Source of the DNA: Bugula neritina
Taxonomy: Eukaryota; Animalia; Bryozoa
Reading direction: 5' to 3'
NCBI GenBank assembly: GCA_964035545.1
Contig: OZ037767.1
Coordinates: forward strand, 27,110,628-27,174,627
Length of the DNA stretch: 64,000 nt
A program made the translations under genes and the position numbers. The notes under the pieces are model-generated. The model was not told the DNA's origin. It searched no databases and saw only the letters and a list, made by a program, of their open reading frames with translations. This document shows positions 1-14,200 of this stretch, piece after piece. Numbering within the stretch: the stretch's first letter is position 1; each line of letters begins with the position of its first letter.

Positions 1-1000
1 GGGTCAGGTTCTCTCTTGCCTATAGAATCGTCTGAGATAGCATTTGGACTAGGGGAGGAGGTTGGACCGTCCCCCATGATTGACGGGTCAACTGAGGTGA
101 TATCCATTTGCTAAAGTGTAGTCATGAAAAAAAAACTACAGTGACATGCGTGATATAGGAATACAAGACAGAAAATTCATTTTCTGTGACAAAATATTTA
201 CCCTAAAACTATTCACCCTACGGTATTGTCTAGTACCACATGGTTTGAAAACGTGGGCCTCCACCTACTTTCAAAAAGGTGTAGAGTTGTCTACCCCCTG
301 AGTTAACTAACTGCAAACTGTCCTAACAACGTCTGTTGTTCTCCCAGTGCAGGATAAATGTTGAAAGTTGAACCTGAGCAGCAGGAAGCTGCTTGCCCCA
401 GCATGGTAAGTTTATACTTTGAGAAAAGGAGCGCAGGGAGGGGTTACATTTAAATGTCAAACGATTGTGGTGAGAAATGTCAACCATTCAACATGAGAGC
501 AAGATAAAACTTCTAAACGGTATCAAATTGCTGCTTTCCTAAATTAGGAGACCTAATTTTGTCACATGATACATGAACACGTCAGCTCAACATCCTTGCG
601 ATTGCATTATAACATGTCAAAGTCTGAGCCAAAAAATAAACCACATTTAGATTTTTAGAATTCTACTTCTCCAATATTGTTTTTATTTCAGACTTTAAGT
701 TTTCCATCAATTTCTAGATTTAAGTAATTAGTGAGTCATACAAGTTGCTTCTATTCTACTAGATTTTACAAGCTAGTGGAATAGAGATCTTCAGTATGAT
801 TAGGCTAAAAATGAGACTGTGGAATCAATGAGTTCTATACTGAACTTTCCAGGCACTATTGCAGGTTGAGCCTTCCTTACCTTGATAGTATTGTTATTAA
901 GTGGCTGCAGTCCATCTGAAGGGATTGCATTAGTCTGTGACAGAGACATCATGGGTGATGTCACCTTCTGGGCGGGAGATATTGAATGCATTGTCATCAT
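1..1000 (-). CDS. 5' part of a spliced gene running off the left edge; possibly a CELF/Bruno-family RNA-binding protein (N-terminus just before RRM1)
   Basis: Exon 1045-881 (acceptor CAG, ATG at 1000, donor AAG|GTAAGG, phase 0) joins exon 110-1 (acceptor TTTAG) in an open frame: MMTMHSISPAQKVTSPMMSLSQTNAIPSDGLQPLNNNTIK|QMDITSVDPSIMGDGPTSSPSPNAISDDSIGKREPDP. The terminal KREPDP resembles the residues preceding 'DxIKMFVGQ' in CELF RRM1, but the RRM itself is outside the window. Confidence 0.45.
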
Positions 1001-2384
1001 TCTTAACTTGACTTGCTTCTTTTTATTGCTTTAGTCAGCGATGCCCTGTCAACATAAAGTAAATCTTTGAAATAAACAGTAAACATGGTGCTCTTTCTCT
1101 TCTAGGTAATATAATGCTCATTTTTAAAGTGAATTCTAAATAGTATAATAAACATTTTTATACAGGGATTTGCTTGAAATGGCAATGTAGTTTGGAGTTG
1201 CATGCCCAGCAATTGTTTTCATAACATTCAAGAACCAATACAGCAAATTATAAACTAAAAAAGAATTGTCTGAAACTGGAATGAAGTAGCGTTTCAGCCA
1301 AACAAATCAAGCAAAAAGTAATGAATACCTAAAAATAACTCCAAACAGTTTAACTGTCACATTATTGAGTTATAGTAAATAGCTTAGTGCTAACTTTACA
1401 TCAGCTGGTCAGTAGAGCTACACAAGCTCTTCCTTAGTCTAACAGTTAAATGACAATCAACCTTGCGGAACTTCCACCCACGTGCATATTCTACTAGACT
1501 GGGTGATTTCTCCACTACATCTCTCTACATGACGAACTTTAATATGCAAATGAGACTCTACCTACTACATCAAACTATTTCTGGCAGTTGAGTTGATCAA
1601 ATGTGTGCATCTAATATAGGAGCTTCTATAATAAACGTTCTAAGACCAGCATTTTTGCTGCTTATTTTTTTACTTCAGTTTTCACAGTGAAGTAAAAATT
1701 GACTGATCAACACCAGAAAATGCTTGTGATTGTATTTTCTATACACCAGGTTACATTGCATAAGAAACAATAACTAACGTGTAATTAATAACTTGAAATA
1801 TCTTATTTGCAATGAATTTAAAAAGTAAAAAAAACCGTTCTCTGATCTCCAAAGAAAGTAAATAAGATTGAAAACTTGAGAAGCAAATCACAGAAGCTGG
1901 CTAATTGAGGATCTCAAACTAGTGCAGCATTACTTGCGGGCAATAGCAGCACATGTAGGCATACAGATAATATGACTATATTATTATTATTATATTACAA
2001 CGTAAGGCAAATATAATAGAGCAGAGGCAGATATTAAACAGGGTCAGGTTTTATGTAGAATTAATAATTCAATTCCTGCAACATGAATAACTTATGATTT
2101 ATAGCTATATGTATCAGTGTGATGAGGGTGGCTGATAATTGGCTACTACTTTTATATAGTCATCTCCTCTAGTGAAACTAAAATTAGTGTATATTAAAAG
2201 TAGTGATCTATTATCAGTCAATGTGGATGTGATTGAGACATGCCAGGCCATTGGATATTCTCTATACCTGGATCCACACTTCACACAATTCTTTTCAGTA
2301 TTAATTACATATTTTATTACTGGCTTCAACACACTTAATTATGGTGCTGTAGGAGAGAGGCTGATTCATGTACAAGCTGGCTGG

Positions 2385-2690
2385 CTTTTACTACCCCTAC
2401 TTGTACTACTACCCCTACTACCACTACTCTTACTAGTACTACTACCACTAGTACTGCTACCTCTACTATAGTGCTACCCTTACTATAGTACCACTCTTAC
2501 TACCTCTATCCTTACTACTATTACCCCAACTACTACAATTACTAACACTAATATCATCACTTAATACTACTAATACTATGACTATCATCATTACTACTAT
2601 AACTACTACCACTAATTTAATACTATGACTAAATCCAACTGCCACCAAATACTACCAAAACAACTACTAACATTATTACTACAACAATTA
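2385..2690. repeat. Degenerate (CTA/ACT)n trinucleotide low-complexity repeat
   Basis: Run of ctacta/actact/ccacta motifs; source of spurious Leu-Pro and Val-Ile ORFs. Confidence 0.85.
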
Positions 2691-5600
2691 CTGTAAGCAC
2701 GTGTTTTATTTGCTGAAAGATACTACACACAGTAACTACCATCATATCACTGGGAGTACTGTTTCTCCATCTGGTAATTTCTATTGGCTGACATATTCAT
2801 TCACCCACTGTATGTTCCATTCTATACTCCAATGTTTTCCAGTACAACTATTTATCTTATAAAATTCTCTTCAGAAAACAATTTAAATAAAATGATATTT
2901 GCCAATTGATTTAGTAAATTACCTAGAGAACATGCATGTTCGTCCCATTTATTGCTTTATGCAACTGTTTCAAGATTGGATAATTAATTTGACTTTAGGA
3001 AAGTCTTTCGGAAACCCCTAATTGTCTAAAAAATTGCCTTTTAATTTGACTGCTTGACACCTGAAATCTCCCACACTCACTGGTACGACCAAACAACTAA
3101 CTATTCCCTAGTAACAACTGTTAGCCCTCTATTTGGCTCTACAACTCACCAACCTTCAGACTCAGTAGGCAGTGCTATCCCAGGTACGGTGTGTCTATGG
3201 CCAGCATATGCTGTCAAATGCGAGTGAAGGAGGCAGCAGAATGTTGTCAAGTGTGCTAGCAGAGTGCAAGAAATTACCTACTATTGTGTGGTAGGACTGG
3301 TAGTACGTCTGCGCAATGTGAGCCGGAGAGCTCCTTAACACTACCTCTTCACCTATAATTTAGTAATTATGGCAATTGAGAAATAATGTGAAATAAACTG
3401 TAACAAAAGATTTCAATATAATAGAAGTGCTGTCTACCACTGCGGCATCATTTATATGATAATTATATTTAATATACCACCACTCTTATAAAGCAGTAGC
3501 AACACTGTTTGGAGCACCTATAGCAAATTGAACACACAATTAATTTGGTAGAAACATTTTATAGTTATTCTCATCTCGAAGAAATGCACTACATAAAGGT
3601 TTTGAGGCAGCAATAGACAGCATTGGTTGCTAGTAGATATATTAGTAAACACTCTGGTGAATATAGAACTTAATTATTACACAGTGGTTTGTGCTTGCAG
3701 TGTGACGCAGCATTTAACTTTAATTATTTATTGTCATGATAATTGAAGATGGTGTGACTACAGGCAGAATTTTAGAGAATCCTATTTAATCAAATCACAG
3801 TGAGTTTACCTGATCATGTCTCAACTGGTTTTTAGAGCAAAGTATTAACTATTCCAGCCAATCAACCACCACAACAAGTTCCCAGTTCAAACTTCAAAGT
3901 ACAACTCTTAATTTATTAACCCAGTTTTTAATGAAAAATTATAGCTTATACGCTACAATATAAAGCGTGGCAAAACTAGGCAAATCAATGAAGTACACCC
4001 CTTATTGTTGCACTAGATACTCTGTAGGAACAGCCACTGGTATACATATTAATTATTCTTAATAAAAGGAAGTCTAATAGCAAAATGCCTATTGTCATAA
4101 TTTGAGTAAAAGTTAGCATTTCCACTATAGCTTTTGTAGAATAAAGTAAGAAATGCATACCTGCATTAAAACCTTTGAAACTTTGCATAATAAATTTAAG
4201 CAGACCCGGTAGGTAATATCAAAATGTTAAAGGTATATCTAACTCATTCAAGTGAAATTCAATGACAAAATATATAATTAATGTTGCATTATTTCTCTAA
4301 CTTTGATACTGTGTAAGGGAGCTAACGAAAAGCCGTGGGTTTTGGTACAGAAATTGTACTAGCTACTAGCATATAGCCAACCACATGTGTTTTACTGTGC
4401 TTCAGCTTCAAACTCAAGTGGTTGGCTCTAAACAGAAAACAGAGCTACCATTTTTCTAAGCAATTGTGCTGGTAGGCAACTGTACAAGTACTCCAAAGTC
4501 AGATGCAATCTGGAGCAACAAATGAGAATGAAAAGATTAAATCTAAAACAGGGGCAGATAATAATCTAGGTTGTATTTTATTAGTATATCTCTCAAATCA
4601 GATGTATATACGAGATGTATACCACTTGAGCATAATGCATGTTGACATGCAACCTATAAATACTAAAATATACTAAATATTAAATAGAGATTGTAGTTTA
4701 GATTGTACAGTATTAGCATGAGGAAAACTACCTACTAAATTCGGTATTGATAGCCCGTATGCAAATATAATAATAGTTGATATTTTTCTATATTTATATT
4801 ATAAATCTAAAATGAAATAGACAACAATTGAAAGCAAACTTTGTTGAATAACTTGAAAGAACCCATTAGATTATGAACAGCATTTTTATGTTATCAAAAA
4901 CCTTTTGAAAAGAGCATCAATCAAAATAAAATAAACCTAGAAATACATCCATTAGGCTGTGTAAACAGAACGCAAACTTTGATGGTTCAAGAAACTTACC
5001 AACAGAGAGTACACACACTGAGCCTTGTCTCACACAAAGCCTGAGTGCACTCATTATTCTAGTCTGAGTCTGCAAATTTAATGCGAAAACTTCCCCTCAA
5101 TACCAGTAATGGGGTTCTGAGGCTGAAGTATTCTAAACAGCAAACCCTACCAGCAACATAATTTGTTACTAAATGTTGCAAAAAAGTGACTACCAAAATT
5201 AGCCTACGGATTGTTAAATTTTGAAGAGCTTATCGAGACAGGCAAACAAGACTACAGACAAAATTGAACACAAGAATGAAACATTAGGCTACAATAAGTT
5301 TGATTTGCTAGACAAAAGACGCACAATTCCAACAGTTGATACACGGAGTTGAGAGGAAATGCAGATTTCACCCAACTTCTAGAAACTTCTAAACAGGCAT
5401 TAGACACTGATACTAGCACATCCTATAGTATTCTCAAAGCAGAAAGTAAATAAAGAGAACACAACTTTTTATCCATGCTGTTGTTTAGTTGAAACATAAT
5501 AATAATTATATAGAAATGGCTACACGAAACTGTTCACAATTGACAATCAATTTAAAGCAAAACGCATGACATCACAACATCATCTACACAACACATGTAG

Positions 5601-5934
5601 CAACCTTGCTAGTTTGCAGTACACTCAATATATACCAAAGTTTCAGTTGTATTTTAGACTACAAACTAATAGTTGATCAAATTTTCTGGTGGCCAATTAT
5701 AACCTAAAATTTGTCTATAATATTATAAGAAATCAAAAGTTATGTATTATTATAAGCAGAAAACCTGCTGATGGCCTATATAAATTGTAGTGTAGCTTAC
5801 AGCACAGTAGAGTAGAGCAGAGTAGAGTGTAAGAGTAGTAGAATACTTAATACGATGCAGCAATGTGGCATTATAGTGTGCTACAGTGTAGTGGTGACAG
5901 TAATGTAATATGGTGTTATAATTTATGTTAGTAC

Positions 5935-5938
<4 letters not shown>

Positions 5939-5995
<57 letters not shown>
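5939..5995. repeat. (TA)n microsatellite
   Basis: Uninterrupted tatata run. Confidence 0.98.
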
Positions 5996-5998
<3 letters not shown>

Positions 5999-5999
5999 A

Positions 6000-6480
6000 G
6001 CAGTAGTATAATAGTGGTGTAATGTAGTACAGTGTAGTGTAACTTGGTGTAGCAATGTAGTGTAGTGTAGTGTAGTTTAACTTGGTGTAGCAATGTAGTA
6101 TAGTGTAGTGTAACTTGGTGTAGCAATGTAGTGTAGTGTAGTTTAACTTGGTGTAGCAATGTAGTATAGTGTAGTGTAACTTGGTGTAGCAATGTAGTGT
6201 AGTGTAGTGTAGTTTAACTTGGTGTAGCAATGTAGTACAATGTAGTGTAACTTGGTGCAGCAATGTAGTACAGTGTAGTGTAACTTGGTGCAGCAATGTA
6301 GTATAGTGTAGTGTAACTTGGTGTAGCAATGTAGTACAGTGTAGTGTAATATGGTATAGCAATGTAGTATAGTGTAGTGTAACTTGGTGTAGCAATGTAG
6401 TACAGTGTAGTGTAACTTGATGTAGCAATGTAGTATAGTGTAGTGTAATACGTATAGTAATGTAGTAAAGTGTAATATGA
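6000..6480. repeat. Minisatellite, ~33-38-bp unit aacttggtgtagcaatgtagtacagtgtagtgt, ~12-13 copies
   Basis: Directly visible tandem array built on a tagtg pentamer. Confidence 0.95.
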
Positions 6481-9400
6481 TGCTGTAATGTGGTGAAAAT
6501 GAAGATATATAGAGAGCTACAGTGTTAATTGGTAATAAATACAAGTACAGCAGCTAAGAGCACTGCCCAAGACTGTATGACTGCACAGCAACACATAAAA
6601 GGGGTCAACACAGCAATAAAATATAAAGCATCATACATTCATACTTAATAGGAATTGACAGTAGGGAACTGTTACCTGTTTGCACACAACAGTAGCATCG
6701 TTAAAACAATAAAAACACTAACCCTACAGCTTACTGTTAAAAGTTTATACAAGAGTCTAATCTACACTTAATTCAAAATGGTAACATTATGTCAGTGTTT
6801 AGAAGCAAGTATGTATAGTAGGTTTTGACAGGTACATAGAAACCAGGTGTAGTTATTGTTTGAAATAGGAGCTGGGAAATGTGGAGTTTTTCAACTTTAG
6901 GTTTAAAGTTTTAAGCAGCACCCTACAATTTTCCTGCAATTGTTCTAAACCAAGGATGAATTCTTTAACTGATTATTCAATATTAAAATTATTAAAGCTC
7001 TCAACTTATTATAAATGAGTATTAATGCTACATGCTATTGGTACTTATTAAGCACAAGCGATAAGCATGAGAACTGAAACAGTGTACTGTAGCATATAAC
7101 TTCAGTCTGTGTCTGTGAAGGTGCTAGCCTGGAATCTCTTAGTGTTAACGAGATTTACTATGAACACTCCTAGCATCTTTAGGGTTTCATAGTTAGAATA
7201 AAGAACCAAGGCTATACTTGTAGGTCGCTGCCAGCTGAGAGCTGCTGATTCTATTGCATAATATTTTAATAGACATTATAGTCAAAGTAAATCCCGTTAT
7301 ATTGAAAATTGCAAACAATGACTCAATTAGGTGTTAATAAAGAGTTATACAAAGCACTCACTCTAAGATCTCATTTATGTTGACTGTACAGTAGACATTT
7401 AAAGGTCAAACTTTTCACACAGCACTGATATGTAAATTTCAGTATTCATATATAATTATTGTGTCTAAGTTCCACCAGTTATTTACCTATCAGAGAATTT
7501 TGAAATAAATGAAACTAGAAAGCAAACATAAATAAATATCTTATGAATCAAAATCAAAATGCTGTTCAGGATTATTCCACATTCCCTAAAGAATATTCAA
7601 CTAAAATTATAGAAATAATGAGGCCTAATCAAGTTACATGTCATGAACTAAAATGATGCACTGCATGAGATGATTTTCAATCACAATTCTTACTAAGTTT
7701 TAGCGACTTTCTAGCAAAGCTACTACCTACAGGTCAAAGATGATTGAAGCATAAGGTAGGTATATTTTTGTTGATTGCTGGTAACTGAAAACCACATTAA
7801 AGGGTTGAACAAAGGGCTCAGTGATAACTCCACAATGTATTAACCAGTTTAGAAATGATTAAAAAAACAGTAAACAGCAATTTGACTGGCAGTAGTTAAA
7901 AGTAGGAAGGGGAACATTGTAAACAAAAGCCACCTTTTATGTGAGCAGTAATATGAAGGTACCACCAGCAGATTGCATCTTTCTGCGGCACAACTAACCC
8001 TCGTAGCTACTAGGCAAAACTTAGACAATCTGCACAAGAGCTCTACTTTTGTATATAACTTGACAATGATTCAGAATTTTAGATCATCATGCCAATTCTA
8101 GCAACTATAAAAAATTCACACACCTTTATTAGTGAATCAGTTCAGTAAAATACCACAAGCATAAATGAAATTGAAAATTGATTAAACTTTTTTTCATTAT
8201 TCCCCAAAATATATTATGAGTATGTGACTCACCAGAACTGGACTTTCTAAGTAAGATTTTTATTGTTTTTTTTTTAGGAGAGACAAGAGAATAACAGCTA
8301 GACTACAAATACCGAAGTAGACACACATGCATCTTCTTACAACTTACAATTAATGACATCATCAACTAAAAAATGAAGCCAAGAGAAATATACCAATGAA
8401 TTTTCAAAATATTTCCAAAAAAATTAAATATTTATTATAAAATTTGGGTTTTCCAACTAACTTTTTGGGTATTACTTTTCAGTTGTTCAACAAGATTTTG
8501 CACAGGGTGTCAGTCATTCCAAATTTTTTGATTTTTTTTTCAAGTGCAAATGTAAGTGAGCTGTTACTAAACCAGTTTTATCACAATGTTAAGATTATTA
8601 CATTTTAACAAAAAGGATTCCAGAGAAAACCAATGTTATCTTTAATGTTTAAATTGAAACTCATGTTTTATGCCTTATGGGGGTTGCATGACCGGTTTCA
8701 TTTATTGAATATTTATAAGAAATGTTTGGAAGTAATAAACACCAAATATTAGTTTAGAAGCAGGCTGCAGTTAAATAATGCTAAAAACTGGAAATGACAC
8801 GAACTTGCTTCAGTGCTGTATTATACCTTTTTAATTTTCCCTAAATGAAAGTTTTAATTAGTCAATAGTGATAGTTAATACAATAGATTGGAACTGAAAA
8901 TTAATTTGGTTGTGGTTACCATGACGATGCAAAGAAGTATTGACATGAAGTTGTGTTTACGGAAATGAAATAACAGGAGATATCTAATCTGGAAGCATAT
9001 CAATCTCCAGTAAGCTAACCATAGGTTTTTTACCATCTCCGGTATAGATTCCCAGTTACTTAAGCTACTGTCAGTTAACATTCATTCGCTTGAAACAGAT
9101 GAAACATACTGAATAAAGTATTGGGACAAATAATGTCTCAGAGACTGGACTTGATTTCAAGATTCAATGATGGCAGGTGGATAGTGACAGAATGCAGCTG
9201 ATTCTTTGTGTTGACCAGAGTATTGTTATACCTTTATTACTCTAAGTTTAATTTATCATTTCAGCAGACTATTGAGATAAAAACAGCTGCTAATAAGCAT
9301 TTAGTGAAAGAAATAAAGTCAAAACAGAAAACTGGCAATGTAGAAATAACAATATATTGTAAATTATGTCATCTTAGCCTACAAATATTATGCTGCAAAA

Positions 9401-11211
9401 TTGGAGTAGGCTACAAATTACACATTTCCCGTGAGAAAGTGAAGTTTTAAACAAGAGTAAAATATCAACATTCAATACCATATTTGAAAAATTCCCAGAA
9501 TTAAAATAATAACATATATACTAACAATTATGCCTAATATTCTCAACTGTTATGTTGAATAATTGCAAGTAGAAGCACAACCATACCATTTTATAATATC
9601 AGTTATTACTTAATCTAAATATACTACGTTTATGTCATTTGTCACTAACATGGATTTACATTACCTTAAAACACAAAAATCATAGAAACTCAATAGATAG
9701 ATAGATTGCTTGAATGAACTGAATAAAGTTAGAGAGAGAAACTCGGGTAAAAATCATAATCATAATGACAAGTTATCTAATTGATTTCAATGACTATAAG
9801 TACTCGGATAGTCTTGAAATTGATTAAAATTTCACAGCAATAATTTAAATGAATAATTAGAAACCGCTACATGGCCACATTGACTTATACTTATCAACTT
9901 TATATCAATTTACACGTATACAAATTTGTTACAAGTCAAACTTACACTTACACCAACTCCAAGTCTAATAAAAGGATAGGTTAAGTTCTAAACAATCTCT
10001 GTACTTAGATTGCAGTCTAAATCAAAATGTGAAACTTTGATATTGTTTTCTCTGTACATAAATACTGCAATAGCTAAACAATCAGGTTATACTACTTGAT
10101 ATTACTATTAGTAATTACTAAATCTAATGAGCACGATAGAACATCTAAAATTAATAGAAAATTAAAATCAAAATGTGAAACTAAACGAAACATAGACAGA
10201 ACATACCGTGACTAGACAAAAGATTTACTTTTAGGACAGGAGACCAGAGAACAAATCACACAGTAAATAACGGTTACAGCCTTTGGTGGAAGTTAATAAA
10301 ATTTAAATGCCTCTATTATTAATCAGTAATGGTAAGCAGTCATTATCTGCTTTTGACAAACATGTGGGTACTGCTAGCTATTTAATGAGACTGCGAACAC
10401 CTGTTCTTCCACGTTTTGACCAATGTGAAACTCAACACGTGTTTTGACATAACGGCCTCTAATTGGACGTGTTGACTAGTGCTTTCATTTTGATTCTCAA
10501 ATTGGTTGGTAATACGAGAAAGCAACTCCGCTGAGAACAAGGAAATTGAATTTTTTCATTTGCCGACTACACTTGGCACAAAAACCCACTATCTATAGAT
10601 TATAAAGTAAATCCGTTGCAATAAAGCAAACAGGCTCAATAAATTTTAGCGAATGTTGTTTATAGATTATTTTATCTTGTATATTTCTCATACGGAAGTT
10701 AATAGTTATTACACCATTGAACAGTGTTAATGAGCTGTGCCGGTCTAATTATACTAATTGTAAAGCTCCAGAATATTTTTTAAAGTAGAAACCCTGGAAT
10801 TCTCTAGAGGGGATAACATAGTATTTATATATTTACAGTTGAGGGTTTAATAAGATAACACTACTGGCAAAATAGCAAATAACAGTAAAACTATATACAC
10901 ATATAAATAAAATATTATATATACAAAAAGGTAATAAAGATGCTAAATATCACCATGAAACAGCAGTAAATGCAGGTAAGCACCAATAAGATACAATTAA
11001 TCAATGTCAATTTACAAGTTATATATTGATATAAAGTTTATAATATTATACTTTGCATATTGACACAGCAATATCTAAAGAGATTATGATCTCATCATAA
11101 TCTCATCACATATAATATCTAATGGAGGCTGCGCATGCAACTATCAACAGTACACAAGAGGCAATTCACTATAAACATCACACGAGATACAGGCTACAGC
11201 CCGTAGACCTA

Positions 11212-14200
11212 TTAACTAAAGAAATATTCAGATTCTTTAACTTTCTCAATATCTAGAGTCCCTTGACGCGGTACACTTTTGATGACAGAAGCGAGACGCG
11301 CGTGGGAAGGGTTGTCTGGGTCCACGTACGTATCTAGCAAGTATTGGGACAGCTGCTCAAGTATGGGCTCGTTGTACATGTCACAGAATGCCTGCCTGCA
11401 CACCTGCATAATAATATGTGTATTTATATATGCTGACAGGTTATGAACCAGTATCAGCAGCATTTGTACCATAAATATTAGCAGTAGTATTAAAATATGG
11501 TAGCAGAATTTTTAGCAAGCAGCGGTACTGGCAGTTTTCTAATTATTAGTTTTAGAATTGTAGAAGTAGTGGTAGTAGAATTAGTAGTAGCTGCAATGGC
11601 TGGCATATCATACCTTATTGAGAGAGTGAATATCACAAGCATGGGTCCAGTAGCAATCATGTATTGATGCAAAAGTGATGCCCTGACGCTGACAGTGGAG
11701 TGCCGTCAGCATCATGTGAGTGGCATCCAACGAGTGAATAAAGTTTGGAGGAAATCCATTCATGTTTCTCGAAACATCAGGCTGCCTAAAAACGCAGAGT
11801 AGAAGATTATATCACAAGAGTTATCCCCTCTCGTGTGACAGACTATATCATAGACTAGGAACTATGGGAACACTCACTCTAACTCGGTGTCATGCCTGGC
11901 TCCATGCAACCTGTCATCAGCTGTCAAATCTTTGTTGCGCTTAGCTTGTCTCATAGAAACGGGAGTTGCCTTACGCCAGTAGTTCTGCGTAACTTGTAGT
12001 CCTAGAGGAGTCTTCCATGTAACGGGTTTGTTAGCAACAGAGGTGACATGGTGGGCTACCAGGGTCAGCCAGTTCTAGTGTAAGTCAAACAGCACAGGTT
12101 AGCAGGTGTACAGTACAGTAGTGAGACAGTTGACTAATATTGAAACAGTGACAATGTGGCAGTGATAGTGTGTAGTAATACTGTGGTAGTGTGGTAGTGA
12201 CAATGCGGTAGTGTGTTAGTGACAGTGTGGTAGTGACAGTGTAGTAGTGACAGTGTAGTAGTGAAAGTGTGCTAGTAATACTGTGGTAATGATAGCGTGA
12301 TAGTAACAGTGTGTAGTAATACTGTGGTAGTGTGGTAGTGACAGTGTAGTAGTAATACTGTGGTAGTGATAGTGTAGTAGTGATAGTGTGGTAGTAATAC
12401 TGTGGTAGTGATAGTGTAGTAGTAATACTGTGGTAGTGATAGTGTAGTAGTAATACTGTGGTAGTGACAATGTGGTAGTGACAGTGTAGTAGTAATACTG
12501 TGGTAGTGATAGTGTAGTAGTGACAGTGTAGTAGTGATACTCTGGTAGTAAGGTAATGCTACAGCACCAATGGCAAACAGCTTACCTGTATTTCTGTGCC
12601 GGAAGTAAACATATTGCCGAGAGTCTTGAACAGTGTCTCGCTGATGTAGTGACTGCAGAGTTTAAGTTGACTCGCTGTTAGATTAGGAAACTGATCTGCA
12701 AGATGCGATTTTATCTGAGCCTGAGCACCAAACCTTGTCACACCATAGACTGTGGTCATTACTGTCTGCTTCACAACCTGGTAACAAATTGTAACGTTTA
12801 ATTAACACAACCTCTCGGGCTAATGCAGTTTTATATAAACAGGGTAAGACTTGAAATAATCTAAAAATAATTGCAGGAAATTGTCAACAGAGACTAACAA
12901 TTGCTATTAATGGCCACTACATGAATCTATTCAAATCCCTATAATATAGTAACAGCTAGGGAGAATTGTAGGGCCACATTCTACTAGTCAATACAATTTG
13001 TTGACTATCCCAACACCCAGACACTGTTAACCACCTTAAAGCAGCATCTGTCAGCCAATCAGCTCAACCCAGGTGTGACCTATGACAGACACAGCAAGCT
13101 CAAAGTTAAAATACATTCTTGGACAAAATTATACCTTTCTGGTGATTTGACCTTCAAGTAACTTAGCCGTCTCACTCCCTTTGGCAGCATCGGCAGCACG
13201 CCACTGCTCAACGAGAGCGGCCACCTCGCTGTAGACATCTCTGGGAGTATCTGATGGCAACACATTCACAGCCATGGCACCACTTTGATCTCTCCCCAAG
13301 GCCGAGTAGTGTTGAAGACCATTGCACGATCCGTCCTACAGGGTTGGAATAATCAGGTTACCATTGCTGTTTGTAGAACTCATATTATATGATGCTAATG
13401 AGAAGGAACGCAGCATTACCATGCGTATATGCTCTAAACTGATGCCAGTGCCTCTGCTGCTATACATAAACACACTAAAAGCATGAGGGTCTACACGCAT
13501 GTTATTGTAGATCTTTGGTACAGCTTCTGGAATATTGATATTGAATTATCTCTGGACACAACTCATTCCACTACATCTACCTGTAGAAACTGTCATATCA
13601 GTCACTTAGCCTGCACTCACCTGTACTTCTAATAACCCACCTGTACAACTGACTCACCTGTATAGCCGTCTGCTGACTCACCTATATAATTGACTCACCT
13701 GTATAACTCACTTACTTGTATAACTCACCCACCTGTATAACTCACCCACCTGTATAGCTAGCTCACCTGGTGAATTGGAAGATGGGAAACATAGTCTTCA
13801 GGATTATCACAGCTCATTGCAGCCCTCAGTTCCATACACGCAGCCAACCCTTGCCACGGTTCATCCAGCTCTCTCCACCACTGCTCACCCTAATCATCAC
13901 AACAAGTACAGCTGACAATGTGAAACAAGTCCTTGGTGCTTGTTAGTTAATATAAGACATTAACCATGTTTGTGTTACAACTAGTCGGGAGATTGAATCT
14001 TCCTACTGCAACAGACTGCTGAACCCCATACATGCATTATTAAAACCATTTTTCTAATGTAGGCTATATAAATTTTATAAAAATATATATGAATTCCATC
14101 GATATGCCATTACATATATAACTTTACTGTTGTAAGGTGACAAATATAACGATAGTGACAACATACGGATTGCGTCACATACCTCTAAAGGGCTGTCCGC

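Larger units (their letters stand above)
3278..10500 (-). other. Candidate non-coding 5'UTR exons and promoter region of the left-edge gene
   Basis: Minus-strand splice signals: exon ~3352-3278 (TTATAG|...TAG|GTAATT), donor GTAAGT near 4998, donor GTATGT near 10206. The stretch ~10380-10620 is CpG-richer than its surroundings. No transcript evidence. Confidence 0.25.

Noticed and set aside
2114-2648. Hydrophobic Leu- and Val-rich ORFs
   Set aside because: Trinucleotide low-complexity DNA with no splice or domain support.
5750-6544. Repetitive ORFs (LHQVTLHYTT..., YIYIYI)
   Set aside because: Translations of minisatellite and (TA)n DNA, open in several frames.
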